A stretch of DNA of 40,726 nucleotides from Eubacteriales bacterium (GTDB lineage Bacteria; Bacillota; Clostridia; Oscillospirales; CAG-382): positions 1 to 40,726 of the forward strand of contig JAZUNS010000157.1 in assembly GCA_045604285.1 (NCBI GenBank), in the 5' to 3' direction. The position numbers and the translations under genes were made by a program. Each line of letters starts with the position of its first letter. Position 1 is the stretch's first letter. Below, one piece after another: positions 19,583 to 28,479 of the stretch. The notes beneath the pieces are model-generated. The model searched no databases and had not been told where the DNA came from. It worked only from the letters and a program-made list of their open reading frames with translations.

Positions 19583-20152
19583 TTAATTATTAGTTTTTCT
19601 TTCGTTAACGGCCTTTTCTATAAGTGCCGCCGCTTTCTGAGGCGCACCGTCCTCGTTTACTATAACTATGTCGTACGTGGGGGCAAGAAGCATCTCTTCC
19701 CTTGCTTTTTTAAGCCTTTTTTCTATGGTTTCGTTATCCTCGGTGCCTCTGCCTCTCAGCCTTGCTTCAAGCTCCTCCATACTGGGGGGAGCGATAAATA
19801 TTGAAAGCGCATCGGGCATAAGTCTTTTTACGTTGCCTGCGCCCTCTGTTTCTATCTCAAGCACCACGTTTACGCCTTTTTCAAGCTGTTCCTCCACAAA
19901 CCTGCGGGGGGTGCCGTAATAGTTACCACAGTACACGGTATGCTCAAGGATCTTATCCTCGGCTAAATACGCCTCAAACTCCGGCTTTGTAAGGAAAAAG
20001 TAGTTAACGCCGTCTACCTCACCCTCTCTGGGAAGGCGTGTGGTAGCTGAAACGGAATAGCTGTAATCTTTGTTTTGTAAAACGAAGCCCAGCACCGTTC
20101 CCTTGCCGCAACCGGAAGGACCGGATACTATAAGCAAAACACCCTTGCTCAT
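19583..20152 (-). CDS. gmk: guanylate kinase
   Basis: SGPSGCGKGT, SATTRLPREGE, YYGTP; start ATG 20152. Confidence 0.97.
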   Translation of the reverse strand: MSKGVLLIVSGPSGCGKGTVLGFVLQNKDYSYSVSATTRLPREGEVDGVNYFFLTKPEFEAYLAEDKILEHTVYCGNYYGTPRRFVEEQLEKGVNVVLEIETEGAGNVKRLMPDALSIFIAPPSMEELEARLRGRGTEDNETIEKRLKKAREEMLLAPTYDIVIVNEDGAPQKAAALIEKAVNERKTNN

Positions 20153-20153
20153 A

Positions 20154-20384
20154 CTACGCCATCCTTTCCTGTATAACATCGGGGCTTTCGGCGGAAAGCA
20201 CCGTATGCTCGCTATCGGTAACAATAACAGCCTTGGTCTTTTTACCGCAGCTTACGTCTATTACTCTGCCAAGATTTTTTGCGTCCTGCACTATGCGACG
20301 TACGGGCAAAGAATCGGGCGAAAGCACTGCCACTATACGGCCTGCGGAAACAAAGCTGCCGCCGCCTACGTCTATAAGCTTCAT
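20154..20384 (-). CDS. remA: RemA / DUF370 family regulator
   Basis: VSAGRIVAVLSPDSLPVRR...GKKTKAVIVTDS; yicC-remA-gmk synteny. Confidence 0.9.
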   Translation of the reverse strand: MKLIDVGGGSFVSAGRIVAVLSPDSLPVRRIVQDAKNLGRVIDVSCGKKTKAVIVTDSEHTVLSAESPDVIQERMA

Positions 20385-20389
20385 ACAAA

Positions 20390-21274
20390 TTACTCCAAAT
20401 TCTGTATCTGTTCTCTTATTTTTTCAATCTCGCTCTTTGCGTCGATAACGCAACGGGCGATTTCCACGTCCTGCGACTTAGAGCCTATGGTATTTACCTC
20501 ACGGTTAATTTCTTGTACCAAAAAGTCAAGCTTTCTGCCAACGGCGCCGCCGCCGTTTAAAATAGACTCAAGCTGGCTGAAATGGCTGCCAAGCCTTGCA
20601 AGCTCTTCGTTTATATCAGCCTTATCGGCAAATATGGCACACTCGGTAAGTAATCTTCCCTCGTCGGGTGTAACGCCCTCAAGCAATTCCTTTATACGGG
20701 CAAGCATCTTTTCCTTAGCGGCAGCAACGGCAAGAGGTGCGCGGGCTTGTATTTTCCCTCTAAGCTCAGCGGTAACGGCAGCGTGCTGCTTAATATCCGC
20801 CACAAGCTTTTCACCCTCGGTTGCACGCATGGCGCAGAAAGCATCCAAAGCCTTTTCCGCTATGGGACGGATAAGTGCCCACGCCTGCTCCATATCCTCG
20901 TCAACACGGGTAACGTTAAACACCTCAGGCTTAGAGCTTACCATTGAAAGGGTTACGTCGCCCTTTACGCCGTACTCTTCGGAAACACGGTTCATAACGC
21001 CCAAATACGCCTCAAGATAATCTTTGTTAAGGCTTAGGGTGGTAACGTCCCCTTCGGGATTGGTAACGGAAAGATAAACGTCAACCTTGCCCCTGGAAAT
21101 GCGAGAAGAAACGAGCTGTTTTACCCGTTCCTCAAGAGGTGTATAAAGTCTTCCTAATTTTATGTTTATATCAAGATAACGGCTGTTAACCGATTTAATT
21201 TCAAAGCAAATATCTTTACCTTCTGTAAGCTCACGGCATCTGCCGTAGCCGGTCATGCTTAAAGCCATCTGCAC
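20390..21274 (-). CDS. yicC: YicC/YloC family endoribonuclease
   Basis: SMTGYGR, EIKSVNSRY, GRKLDFLVQEINREVNTIGSK, REQIQNLE. Confidence 0.95.
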   Translation of the reverse strand: MQMALSMTGYGRCRELTEGKDICFEIKSVNSRYLDINIKLGRLYTPLEERVKQLVSSRISRGKVDVYLSVTNPEGDVTTLSLNKDYLEAYLGVMNRVSEEYGVKGDVTLSMVSSKPEVFNVTRVDEDMEQAWALIRPIAEKALDAFCAMRATEGEKLVADIKQHAAVTAELRGKIQARAPLAVAAAKEKMLARIKELLEGVTPDEGRLLTECAIFADKADINEELARLGSHFSQLESILNGGGAVGRKLDFLVQEINREVNTIGSKSQDVEIARCVIDAKSEIEKIREQIQNLE

Positions 21275-21301
21275 ATCTCTCCCCTTTTAACTTATTATGA
21301 T

Positions 21302-21331
21302 ATTATAACACAAAGCAACGTATACTGTCAA
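21302..21331 (-). promoter_or_regulatory. sigma-A promoter of the yicC operon
   Basis: TTGACA-18bp-TATAAT with extended TG. Confidence 0.75.
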
Positions 21332-21336
21332 GGTTT

Positions 21337-21843
21337 TCACTTGCGTTTACGCAACAGCACGTGACCGAACTGCTGTATTATCATGGATACGGCAAAATCG
21401 GCACAAACTGTCACCGCAGCCACGCCGATATACATGGGCAGGCTGTAGGTAAAATCCATATCCTGTATGCCAAACACCTTGGTGGAAACAAAAATCATTG
21501 CCGTGTAAGCGGCGCAGGCAAAAGCTACCTTTACAATCCATTGCAAAAGCCTTTTAGATATTCTTTCCGCCTCGATTTTTACTATCGGAAACAAACCGCC
21601 GTAAAAAACATAAAGCACCACAGGCAGCTTATTATGAAGCAGCAAAAAGCCCAAAACGGCAGTACCTGCGTATAAAAACAAGCTGCTGCTTCTGCCCCAG
21701 CGAAGCCTTACGGCAAGCACCGCAAAGCCTGCAAGAAACGCAGTGGTAAGATCGAGGGGCTCAAAAACTGCACCAAGCAGTAAAACAATTATGCTTAGTG
21801 CGGCAAGCATGCCGCACTCTGCCACTCTTTTAGTTCTTTTCAT
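21337..21843 (-). CDS. hypothetical multi-pass membrane protein (DUF2232/YybS N-terminus-like)
   Basis: MKRTKRVAECGMLAALSII...; about 5 TM segments. Confidence 0.7.
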   Translation of the reverse strand: MKRTKRVAECGMLAALSIIVLLLGAVFEPLDLTTAFLAGFAVLAVRLRWGRSSSLFLYAGTAVLGFLLLHNKLPVVLYVFYGGLFPIVKIEAERISKRLLQWIVKVAFACAAYTAMIFVSTKVFGIQDMDFTYSLPMYIGVAAVTVCADFAVSMIIQQFGHVLLRKRK

Positions 21844-21846
21844 AGC

Positions 21847-22425
21847 CTATCTGCAGCACCCGCAAAGACAATCCAAACACATAAGCCCCATGCATATATC
21901 GCAGCCGGAGCAACCCGTGCTGTGAACGGTACGCTTTGTGCTGTAACCGCTGTAGTTACTGCGTGTAACCACGTTGTACGCATTGCGATACTCTGCATTA
22001 TCGGGGTCCATATCGCAGGCACGGCGTATGTATTCCGTACCGTCAAGCATAAAGCCTTTTTTGACCATAACGGTACCCTTTAAAAAATACCACTCGGCAT
22101 TGCGCTGAGCTTGGGGTATCATATCAAGATATCTGCCCGCCTCGGTATACCTTGCCTGATTTATAAGTATGCGTATGCGCTGAAACTCTGTGCTGCCGCC
22201 GCTTGTGTTGGCGGTTCCGCCGCCGGCGGCTTTTTTACGTTGGTTTTGAATATAGTCGTAAGCCGCATTTATCTCACGCATTTTTTCTGCCGCCAGGTCC
22301 TTCAAAGGGTTGCTGTCGTCATAATTATCCGGATGATACTTTTTGGCAAGGCTGCGATAAGCCTTTTTAATTTCTTCGTCCGTGGCGTTTGATTGAACGC
22401 CGAGAACACTGTAGGGATCTTTCAT
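21847..22425 (-). CDS. J-domain protein with TPR-like middle and Cys-rich C-terminal tail
   Basis: DPYSVLGV...IKKAYRSLAKKYHPD...INAAYD; AEWYFLKG..DPDNAEY; GCSGCDICMGLMCLDCLCGCCR. Confidence 0.9.
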   Translation of the reverse strand: MKDPYSVLGVQSNATDEEIKKAYRSLAKKYHPDNYDDSNPLKDLAAEKMREINAAYDYIQNQRKKAAGGGTANTSGGSTEFQRIRILINQARYTEAGRYLDMIPQAQRNAEWYFLKGTVMVKKGFMLDGTEYIRRACDMDPDNAEYRNAYNVVTRSNYSGYSTKRTVHSTGCSGCDICMGLMCLDCLCGCCR

Positions 22426-22466
22426 CTATGCTGTTTTACCTTTCAAAATTTAGAGAAAGCAAGGCT

Positions 22467-23588
22467 TTATTCAAGATAGTCTCTAAGCTTCTTGGAGCGA
22501 CTGGGATGACGAAGCTTACGAAGTGCCTTTGCCTCTATCTGACGGATACGCTCTCTTGTAATGTCAAACGCCTTGCCCACCTCTTCAAGGGTGCGGGGTC
22601 TGCCGTCCTCAAGGCCGAAGCGAAGTTTAAGAACGTTTTCTTCTCTGGGGGTAAGGGTGTGAAGCACCTCTAACAGCTGTTCTCTAAGCATGGTATAGGA
22701 GGCGGCGTCTGCAGGTGCGGGGGTATTATCATCCGCAATAAAGTCGCCCAGGTGGCTGTCTTCCTCTTCACCTATAGGCATTTCAAGGGAAACGGGCTCC
22801 TGCGCTATTTTAAGTATTTCTCTTACCTTTTCAACGGGCATATTGATCTCTTCCGCAATTTCGTCAGCGGTAGCGTCTCTGCCAAGGTCCTGAAGAAGCT
22901 GGCGGGATACGCGCAGCACCTTATTTATAGTTTCTACCATGTGTACGGGGATACGAATGGTTCTTGCCTGGTCTGCAATTGCACGGGTTATAGCCTGACG
23001 GATCCACCAGGTTGCGTAGGTAGAAAACTTGTAGCCCTTGTTGTAATCGAACTTTTCAACGGCACGCATAAGACCAAGGTTGCCTTCCTGAATAAGGTCA
23101 AGGAAGAACATACCGCGGTTTACGTAGCGCTTTGCTATACTTACAACCAACCTAAGGTTTGCCTCAACAAGCTGCTGCTTTGCCATGGTATTGCCCGCCG
23201 CCATCTTACAAGCCAGCTCAAGCTCTTTATCAGCGGAAAGAAGGGGCACCTTGCCTATTTCCTTAAGATACATACGCACGGGGTCGTCCATGGGTAAGCC
23301 ATCCTTGGAGAGAAGCTCGTCCACGTCCTCCTGGCATTTTTCAAGGTCCTCTGCCTCTTCGTCAACCTCGTCAAATATATTGTTTTCGTGGTCGTTAACT
23401 ATCTCTATACCCTTTGCTTCAAACTCTGCAAAGACTTTTTCAAATATGGCAATGGTACAGTCTGCGCCGTCAAGCATATCCAAAAACTCACCGGAAGCCA
23501 TCGTGCTCTTTTCGCCGGTAAGCTGAAGTGCTACGGTCTGCTGTGCGTTTTCGGTTGCGTTCATCTTTTCTTTGTTCTCCATGGTCAT
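22467..23588 (-). CDS. rpoD: primary sigma factor SigA/RpoD
   Basis: [52 protein letters not shown]. Confidence 0.98.
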   Translation of the reverse strand: MTMENKEKMNATENAQQTVALQLTGEKSTMASGEFLDMLDGADCTIAIFEKVFAEFEAKGIEIVNDHENNIFDEVDEEAEDLEKCQEDVDELLSKDGLPMDDPVRMYLKEIGKVPLLSADKELELACKMAAGNTMAKQQLVEANLRLVVSIAKRYVNRGMFFLDLIQEGNLGLMRAVEKFDYNKGYKFSTYATWWIRQAITRAIADQARTIRIPVHMVETINKVLRVSRQLLQDLGRDATADEIAEEINMPVEKVREILKIAQEPVSLEMPIGEEEDSHLGDFIADDNTPAPADAASYTMLREQLLEVLHTLTPREENVLKLRFGLEDGRPRTLEEVGKAFDITRERIRQIEAKALRKLRHPSRSKKLRDYLE

Positions 23589-25363
23589 TTATCCTCCGAT
23601 GCTTTCTTTTTTTCCCTTAGTTTAGCTATATATTGTTCAAGTGCGGCGGCTCCGTTTTCGGAAATTTCCGCATCAAAATCCACCTTTAGTTTTTCACGCT
23701 CAAGGGCGTTTATACACCCATTAAGCGTTTCTGCGCTGTTATCGTTTACAGCCTGCCTTGAGGCAAGCATACCCGTTACACGGGATATTTCCTCCTGGGT
23801 AAGAACACCGTCTTTGGAAAGGATCGGCTCCTTACCTGCGGCAAAATCCTCGACATACAGGTTAAATACCTTTTTTGAAAACTCCGTTATAAAGCTTTCG
23901 GCGCTAAGCCTTGTTGCCACGGGTGGGTACAGCTCCGGCTTATATAAAAGCAAGCCCAACAGCCTTTCCTCTATCATCACCGCCGCAGGAAGCTTAACAT
24001 GATCTCTGTTGACCTTGTCACCAAAGCCAAGTGCGTTTTGCACTTCCTTGCTTTCCTCTTCCTTTTTACTGCGCTTGGAAGCCAAAACCAGCTTGCGCTG
24101 TACACTTTCCAGGGCAGCCGAAAGGCTTACGCCGCAAATCTCGCCTATTCTTGAGGCGCAAATCTCCCTCTCCGCCTTGCCGCTTAAGGAAGCCGCATAA
24201 GCGCACATACGGTCAAAAGCCCTAAGCTTTTCTTCCGGCAGGCTCATATTAAAGCCTTCGGCAATCTCTTTAAGCCTGTAATCCATCTGACCCGTAGAGC
24301 CTTTTATAACCCTGCGGAATGCCTCTGCCCCAAACTGCTTAATATATTCGTCCGGGTCCTTGGTGTCGCCAAGATCCAGTATTTTTGCGCCAACGCCTAC
24401 CTCGCTTAACAGCTTTATGCCCTTAAGAGTGGCGTTTTTGCCTGCGCTGTCACTGTCATAAGAAAGATACACGGTTTTTGCATAGCGGGATATAAGCCTT
24501 GCCTGCTCTGCCGTAATGGCGGTACCCAGGGTGGCAACCGCATTGCCGAAGCCCGCACGATGTAACGCCACCGCATCCATGCAGCCCTCACACATAATAA
24601 GCGTATCCTCGCCCGAGTTTTTTGCCATGTTCATGCCAAACACAAACTTGCTTTTTTTAAAAGCGGGCGTATCTGAGGTATTTACGTACTTTCGGTCGTC
24701 TGCCTCGTTAAGACGCCTTGCCGAAAAGCCAAGGACGTCGCCGCCCGTATCTATAAGCGGAAACACTATTCTGTTGCGGAATATATCGTAAAGCTTGCCG
24801 TTTTTGCCCCTGCGACAAAGGAACGCCGCCTCTAACTCCTCTGCCGTATAGCCTGCAGCCGTCAAATGCTTGGAAAGCATATCCCAGCTATCGGGAGCAA
24901 AGCCGATACCAAAGCGACGGATCGTAAGTGAATCCAAAGCTCGGTTTTTAAGATATTCCCTTGCGCCCTCACCGATAGGAGCGTTAAGCGCCTTATGAAA
25001 AAACCTTGCCGCCTCGGTAGTAGCGCCGATAACCCTATCCCTGCGAATACGGTTACGGGGGCGCTCGCCCTCCTCTTCCATCTGTATCCCCGCACGGTTT
25101 GCAAGATGCTCCACCGCATCGGGATAGGAAAGCCCCTCCATAGCCATTACGAAGCTTACTACGTCGCCGCCGGCACCGCAACCGAAGCAATAATAGTTGC
25201 GAGTTTTTGGGAACACCGTAAAGGACGGTGTTTTTTCGTTATGGAAAGGACATAGCCCAACCATAACGCTGCTGGCACGCTTCAGCCCAACGTATTTGGA
25301 TATCAGCTCGGTTATATCGTTTCTATCCTTTATTTCTTCCAAAAAGCCTTGTGAAAAAGCCAT
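23585..25363 (-). CDS. dnaG: DNA primase
   Basis: [15 protein letters not shown] zinc finger, [23 protein letters not shown] motifs. Confidence 0.98.
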   Translation of the reverse strand: MAFSQGFLEEIKDRNDITELISKYVGLKRASSVMVGLCPFHNEKTPSFTVFPKTRNYYCFGCGAGGDVVSFVMAMEGLSYPDAVEHLANRAGIQMEEEGERPRNRIRRDRVIGATTEAARFFHKALNAPIGEGAREYLKNRALDSLTIRRFGIGFAPDSWDMLSKHLTAAGYTAEELEAAFLCRRGKNGKLYDIFRNRIVFPLIDTGGDVLGFSARRLNEADDRKYVNTSDTPAFKKSKFVFGMNMAKNSGEDTLIMCEGCMDAVALHRAGFGNAVATLGTAITAEQARLISRYAKTVYLSYDSDSAGKNATLKGIKLLSEVGVGAKILDLGDTKDPDEYIKQFGAEAFRRVIKGSTGQMDYRLKEIAEGFNMSLPEEKLRAFDRMCAYAASLSGKAEREICASRIGEICGVSLSAALESVQRKLVLASKRSKKEEESKEVQNALGFGDKVNRDHVKLPAAVMIEERLLGLLLYKPELYPPVATRLSAESFITEFSKKVFNLYVEDFAAGKEPILSKDGVLTQEEISRVTGMLASRQAVNDNSAETLNGCINALEREKLKVDFDAEISENGAAALEQYIAKLREKKKASEDK

Positions 25364-25383
25364 TAATCCTTCCTCTGCTTATC

Positions 25384-26382
25384 CTAAACGCTCCACACCT
25401 TGGGCACATAAATTTCCTCAAAGGTGGATATTGCATATCTGTCGGTCATTGCCGCTATATGGTCGCAAACACACCGTTCAATGCCGTCTTTTTCTATCAT
25501 TTGCCTATTTTCGGGAGGCAGCAGCTGCGGATGCTTCGTATAGTATTCAAACAAATACTCTATAAGCAGGGCAACCTTGCTGTCCTCTCCCTTTGCCAAG
25601 GGGCTGGTGTAAACCTTATCAAACATAAACGCCCTAAGCTCCATCATAGCAGAGCCATAAGGCTCTACCATCGTAATATCGCCTTCGGTGCCGCCGGCTA
25701 TCACCGCCGTTACCATGGAGGTTATACGCTTGCTGTGGGTTTCGCCCAAAAGCTTGTTAAGCTTATCCGGTATATCTTTGGGGACGATAAGCCCCGCCCT
25801 AAACGCATCGTCTATATCGTGATTTATGTAGGCTATTCTGTCGGCGAACTTAACAAGCTGCCCTTCCAGGGTGGACGCCTTCATACTGCCGGAATGGTTT
25901 AATATGCCATCCCTTACCTCTGCCGTAAGGTTAAGCCCCTGCCCTTCTCGTTCAAGAACGTCTACCACCCTAAGGCTTTGCTCGTAGTGGCGAAAACCGC
26001 CTGCCATTATGCCGTCAAGCGCCCTTTCGCCGCTATGGCCGAAGGGGGTATGCCCCAAATCGTGGCCCAGTGCCGCCGCCTCGGTCAAATCTTCGTTAAG
26101 ACGAAGGGCGCGGGCAAGGGTACGTGCTATCTGCACCACCTCAAGAGTATGAGTAAGACGGGTGCGGTAATGGTCATCCTTGGGGTCAATAAACACCTGC
26201 ATTTTGTGCATAAGCCTGCGGAAGGACTTGCTGTGGGTTATCCTATCCCTATCACGCTGAAACTCAGTCCTTACGGGGCATGGTTCGTCAAACCGCTGTC
26301 TGCCTGCAGTATTGACGGTTTTAAACGCCCGTGGGCAAAGCTGTTTTTCTTCCATAAGCAAAACCATATCTTTAGCTTCCAC
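25384..26382 (-). CDS. dgt: deoxyguanosinetriphosphate triphosphohydrolase-like HD protein
   Basis: RTEFQRDRDRI, RTRLTHTLEV, HDLGHTPFGHSGE, ADRIAY, IAAMTD. Confidence 0.93.
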   Translation of the reverse strand: MEAKDMVLLMEEKQLCPRAFKTVNTAGRQRFDEPCPVRTEFQRDRDRITHSKSFRRLMHKMQVFIDPKDDHYRTRLTHTLEVVQIARTLARALRLNEDLTEAAALGHDLGHTPFGHSGERALDGIMAGGFRHYEQSLRVVDVLEREGQGLNLTAEVRDGILNHSGSMKASTLEGQLVKFADRIAYINHDIDDAFRAGLIVPKDIPDKLNKLLGETHSKRITSMVTAVIAGGTEGDITMVEPYGSAMMELRAFMFDKVYTSPLAKGEDSKVALLIEYLFEYYTKHPQLLPPENRQMIEKDGIERCVCDHIAAMTDRYAISTFEEIYVPKVWSV

Positions 26383-26442
26383 TTAGAATGCCACCTGCCT
26401 TTACACAACAAAAATATGCACATTTACCCCTTACTTAAGATA

Positions 26443-26471
26443 ATATACGCAAAAAATTTAAATTCTCCTTT
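26443..26471 (-). promoter_or_regulatory. possible sigma-H-type promoter of the dgt-dnaG-rpoD operon
   Basis: AAAGGA-17bp-GTAT, compared with the sigma-H consensus AGGA-N17-GAAT. Confidence 0.35.
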
Positions 26472-26520
26472 AATTTTCTAAAAAATATTTTATATATTAA
26501 GGAAAAAAGGCAAAAAGCTA

Positions 26521-26549
26521 TTGCCAATTACAGAATTTTATGTTAGACT
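26521..26549 (+). promoter_or_regulatory. sigma-A promoter of DUF5685-pheST
   Basis: TTGCCA-17bp-TAGACT with extended TG. Confidence 0.6.
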
Positions 26550-26572
26550 GAAAAGAAAGGTGGCGTGGTATT

Positions 26573-27448
26573 TTGTTTGGCTATGTTAAGCCTCTACCGG
26601 AGGAGCTTTTAGTTAAAGAATATGAGCTTTATAAGGCAATATACTGCGGTCTTTGCCGTTGCGGCGGTAAACGGATATCAAGGCTTACAAGGTTCTTTTT
26701 AAGTTACGATTTTACCGCACTTGCCGCATTAAGGCTTGCACTTTCGGAGGAGAAGCCCACCGTTGTAAAACGCTTTTGCCCTTATACTCTGCGCCGCAAG
26801 CCCACCCTTGAGTGTGACGGCGTGTTTACCTACGTTGCGGCGGCCTTTGCCTGCCTTGTTTATTGCAAGGCAGAGGATGACATTAAGGACGAAAAGGGCG
26901 CTGCACGTTTTAAGCGATTGGTGCTGAAGCCTTTGTTCAGCCGCATGAACAAAAAGGCGGCAAGGCTGTATCCCAAGCTTTACGATGAGGTCAAGGGGCA
27001 TCTTAACGCCCTTGCTTCCATGGAAAGCGATGGGGAAAGCCATACCCTTGACAGCTATGCAGACAATTCTGCAAAGGCGCTGGCGGCAATAGCCTGCCAC
27101 GGGTTAGAGGGAAACAAAAAAGCCATAGCCTACGAGGCAGGCTATCACATCGGCAGGTACATATACATAGTTGACGCAATAGATGACCTGCAAGCTGATG
27201 CAAAAAAACGTCGGTTTAATCCCCTTTTGCGCCATTACGGCACTTTGGAAAAGGTTTTGGAAAACACGGCGGAAATTGAAGGCACCCTTAAAGCAAGCGG
27301 CGTAAGGTTTTCTGCCGCAGTGGGGCTGGCGACGCCTTCGATCTACACGGATATTTTGCAAAATATTGCTTCCTGCGGGATGGAAAAGACCGTGGGGGAT
27401 ATTTATGATAAATACGCATATACTCGAAAGGAAAGCGAAGAATTATGA
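26573..27448 (+). CDS. DUF5685 family protein
   Basis: MFGYVKP...YKAIYCGLCR...LSYDF..., DDIKD and DAIDDL..D..FNP motifs. Confidence 0.8.
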   Translation: MFGYVKPLPEELLVKEYELYKAIYCGLCRCGGKRISRLTRFFLSYDFTALAALRLALSEEKPTVVKRFCPYTLRRKPTLECDGVFTYVAAAFACLVYCKAEDDIKDEKGAARFKRLVLKPLFSRMNKKAARLYPKLYDEVKGHLNALASMESDGESHTLDSYADNSAKALAAIACHGLEGNKKAIAYEAGYHIGRYIYIVDAIDDLQADAKKRRFNPLLRHYGTLEKVLENTAEIEGTLKASGVRFSAAVGLATPSIYTDILQNIASCGMEKTVGDIYDKYAYTRKESEEL

Positions 27449-28464
27449 AGAAACAGCTTGAGGAGATACTTACAAAAGCTTTGGCTGAGGTAGACACAGC
27501 AGCTGACGAGCCTACGTTAAAAGCTGCACAGGTGGCTTACCTTGGCAAAAAAGGCGCACTTACCGCCATACTTAGAGGCATGGGCGGCCTTACCCCTGAG
27601 GAAAGACCCGTTATTGGTGCTTTGGCAAACGAAGTGCGTGTAAAAATAGAAGCAGCCATAGACGCAAAGCTTGGAGAAATCAAGGCAAAAGAGCTTGAAG
27701 CACGCCTTGCAAAGGAAAAGGTTGACGTTACCCTGCCCGCAAAGAGCAAAAAGCCCGGCAGACTTCACCCTCTTTCCCAGGTTGAAAAGGACTTGTCCGA
27801 TATTTTCGTAGGCATGGGCTTTACCATTGCCGAAGGACCCGAGGTTGAGTTGGCATACAACAACTTTGATGCACTTAACGCTCCCGCAGACCACCCCTCC
27901 AGAGATTTTCAGGATACCTTTTATATATCTCCCGAGGTGCTGCTTCGTACCCAGACCTCTCCCGTTCAGATAAGAGCAATGCAGGGCAAGCAGCCCCCCA
28001 TACGCATAATCTCTCCCGGTAGAGTTTATCGTTGTGACGAGGTTGACGGCACCCACTCTCCCATGTTCCATCAGTTGGAGGGGCTTGTAGTTGGCAAGGA
28101 TATAAGCCTTGGCGACCTTAAGGGCACCCTTGAGCAGTTTGCAAAAATTTACTTTGGCGAGGAAACACGCACACGTTTCCGTCCCCACAACTTCCCATTT
28201 ACCGAGCCTTCTGCAGAAGTAGACGTTAGCTGCTTTGTATGCGGCGGCAAGGGCTGTCGTTTGTGCAAGGGCGAGGGTTGGATAGAGATACTCGGTGCGG
28301 GTATGGTACATCCCCACGTGCTTGAAAACTGCGGCATTGACCCTGAGGTTTACAGCGGCTTTGCTTTTGGTGTTGGTCTTGAAAGAGTTGTTATGATCAA
28401 GTACGGCATTGACGATATGCGCCATCTTTACGAAAACGATTTGCGCTTCCTGTCGCAGTTTTAA
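27445..28464 (+). CDS. pheS: phenylalanine-tRNA ligase alpha subunit
   Basis: LLRTQTSPVQ, FHQLEG, FPFTEPS, GFAFGVGLER. Confidence 0.99.
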   Translation: MKKQLEEILTKALAEVDTAADEPTLKAAQVAYLGKKGALTAILRGMGGLTPEERPVIGALANEVRVKIEAAIDAKLGEIKAKELEARLAKEKVDVTLPAKSKKPGRLHPLSQVEKDLSDIFVGMGFTIAEGPEVELAYNNFDALNAPADHPSRDFQDTFYISPEVLLRTQTSPVQIRAMQGKQPPIRIISPGRVYRCDEVDGTHSPMFHQLEGLVVGKDISLGDLKGTLEQFAKIYFGEETRTRFRPHNFPFTEPSAEVDVSCFVCGGKGCRLCKGEGWIEILGAGMVHPHVLENCGIDPEVYSGFAFGVGLERVVMIKYGIDDMRHLYENDLRFLSQF

Positions 28465-28479
28465 GGGAGGTTACGGAAA

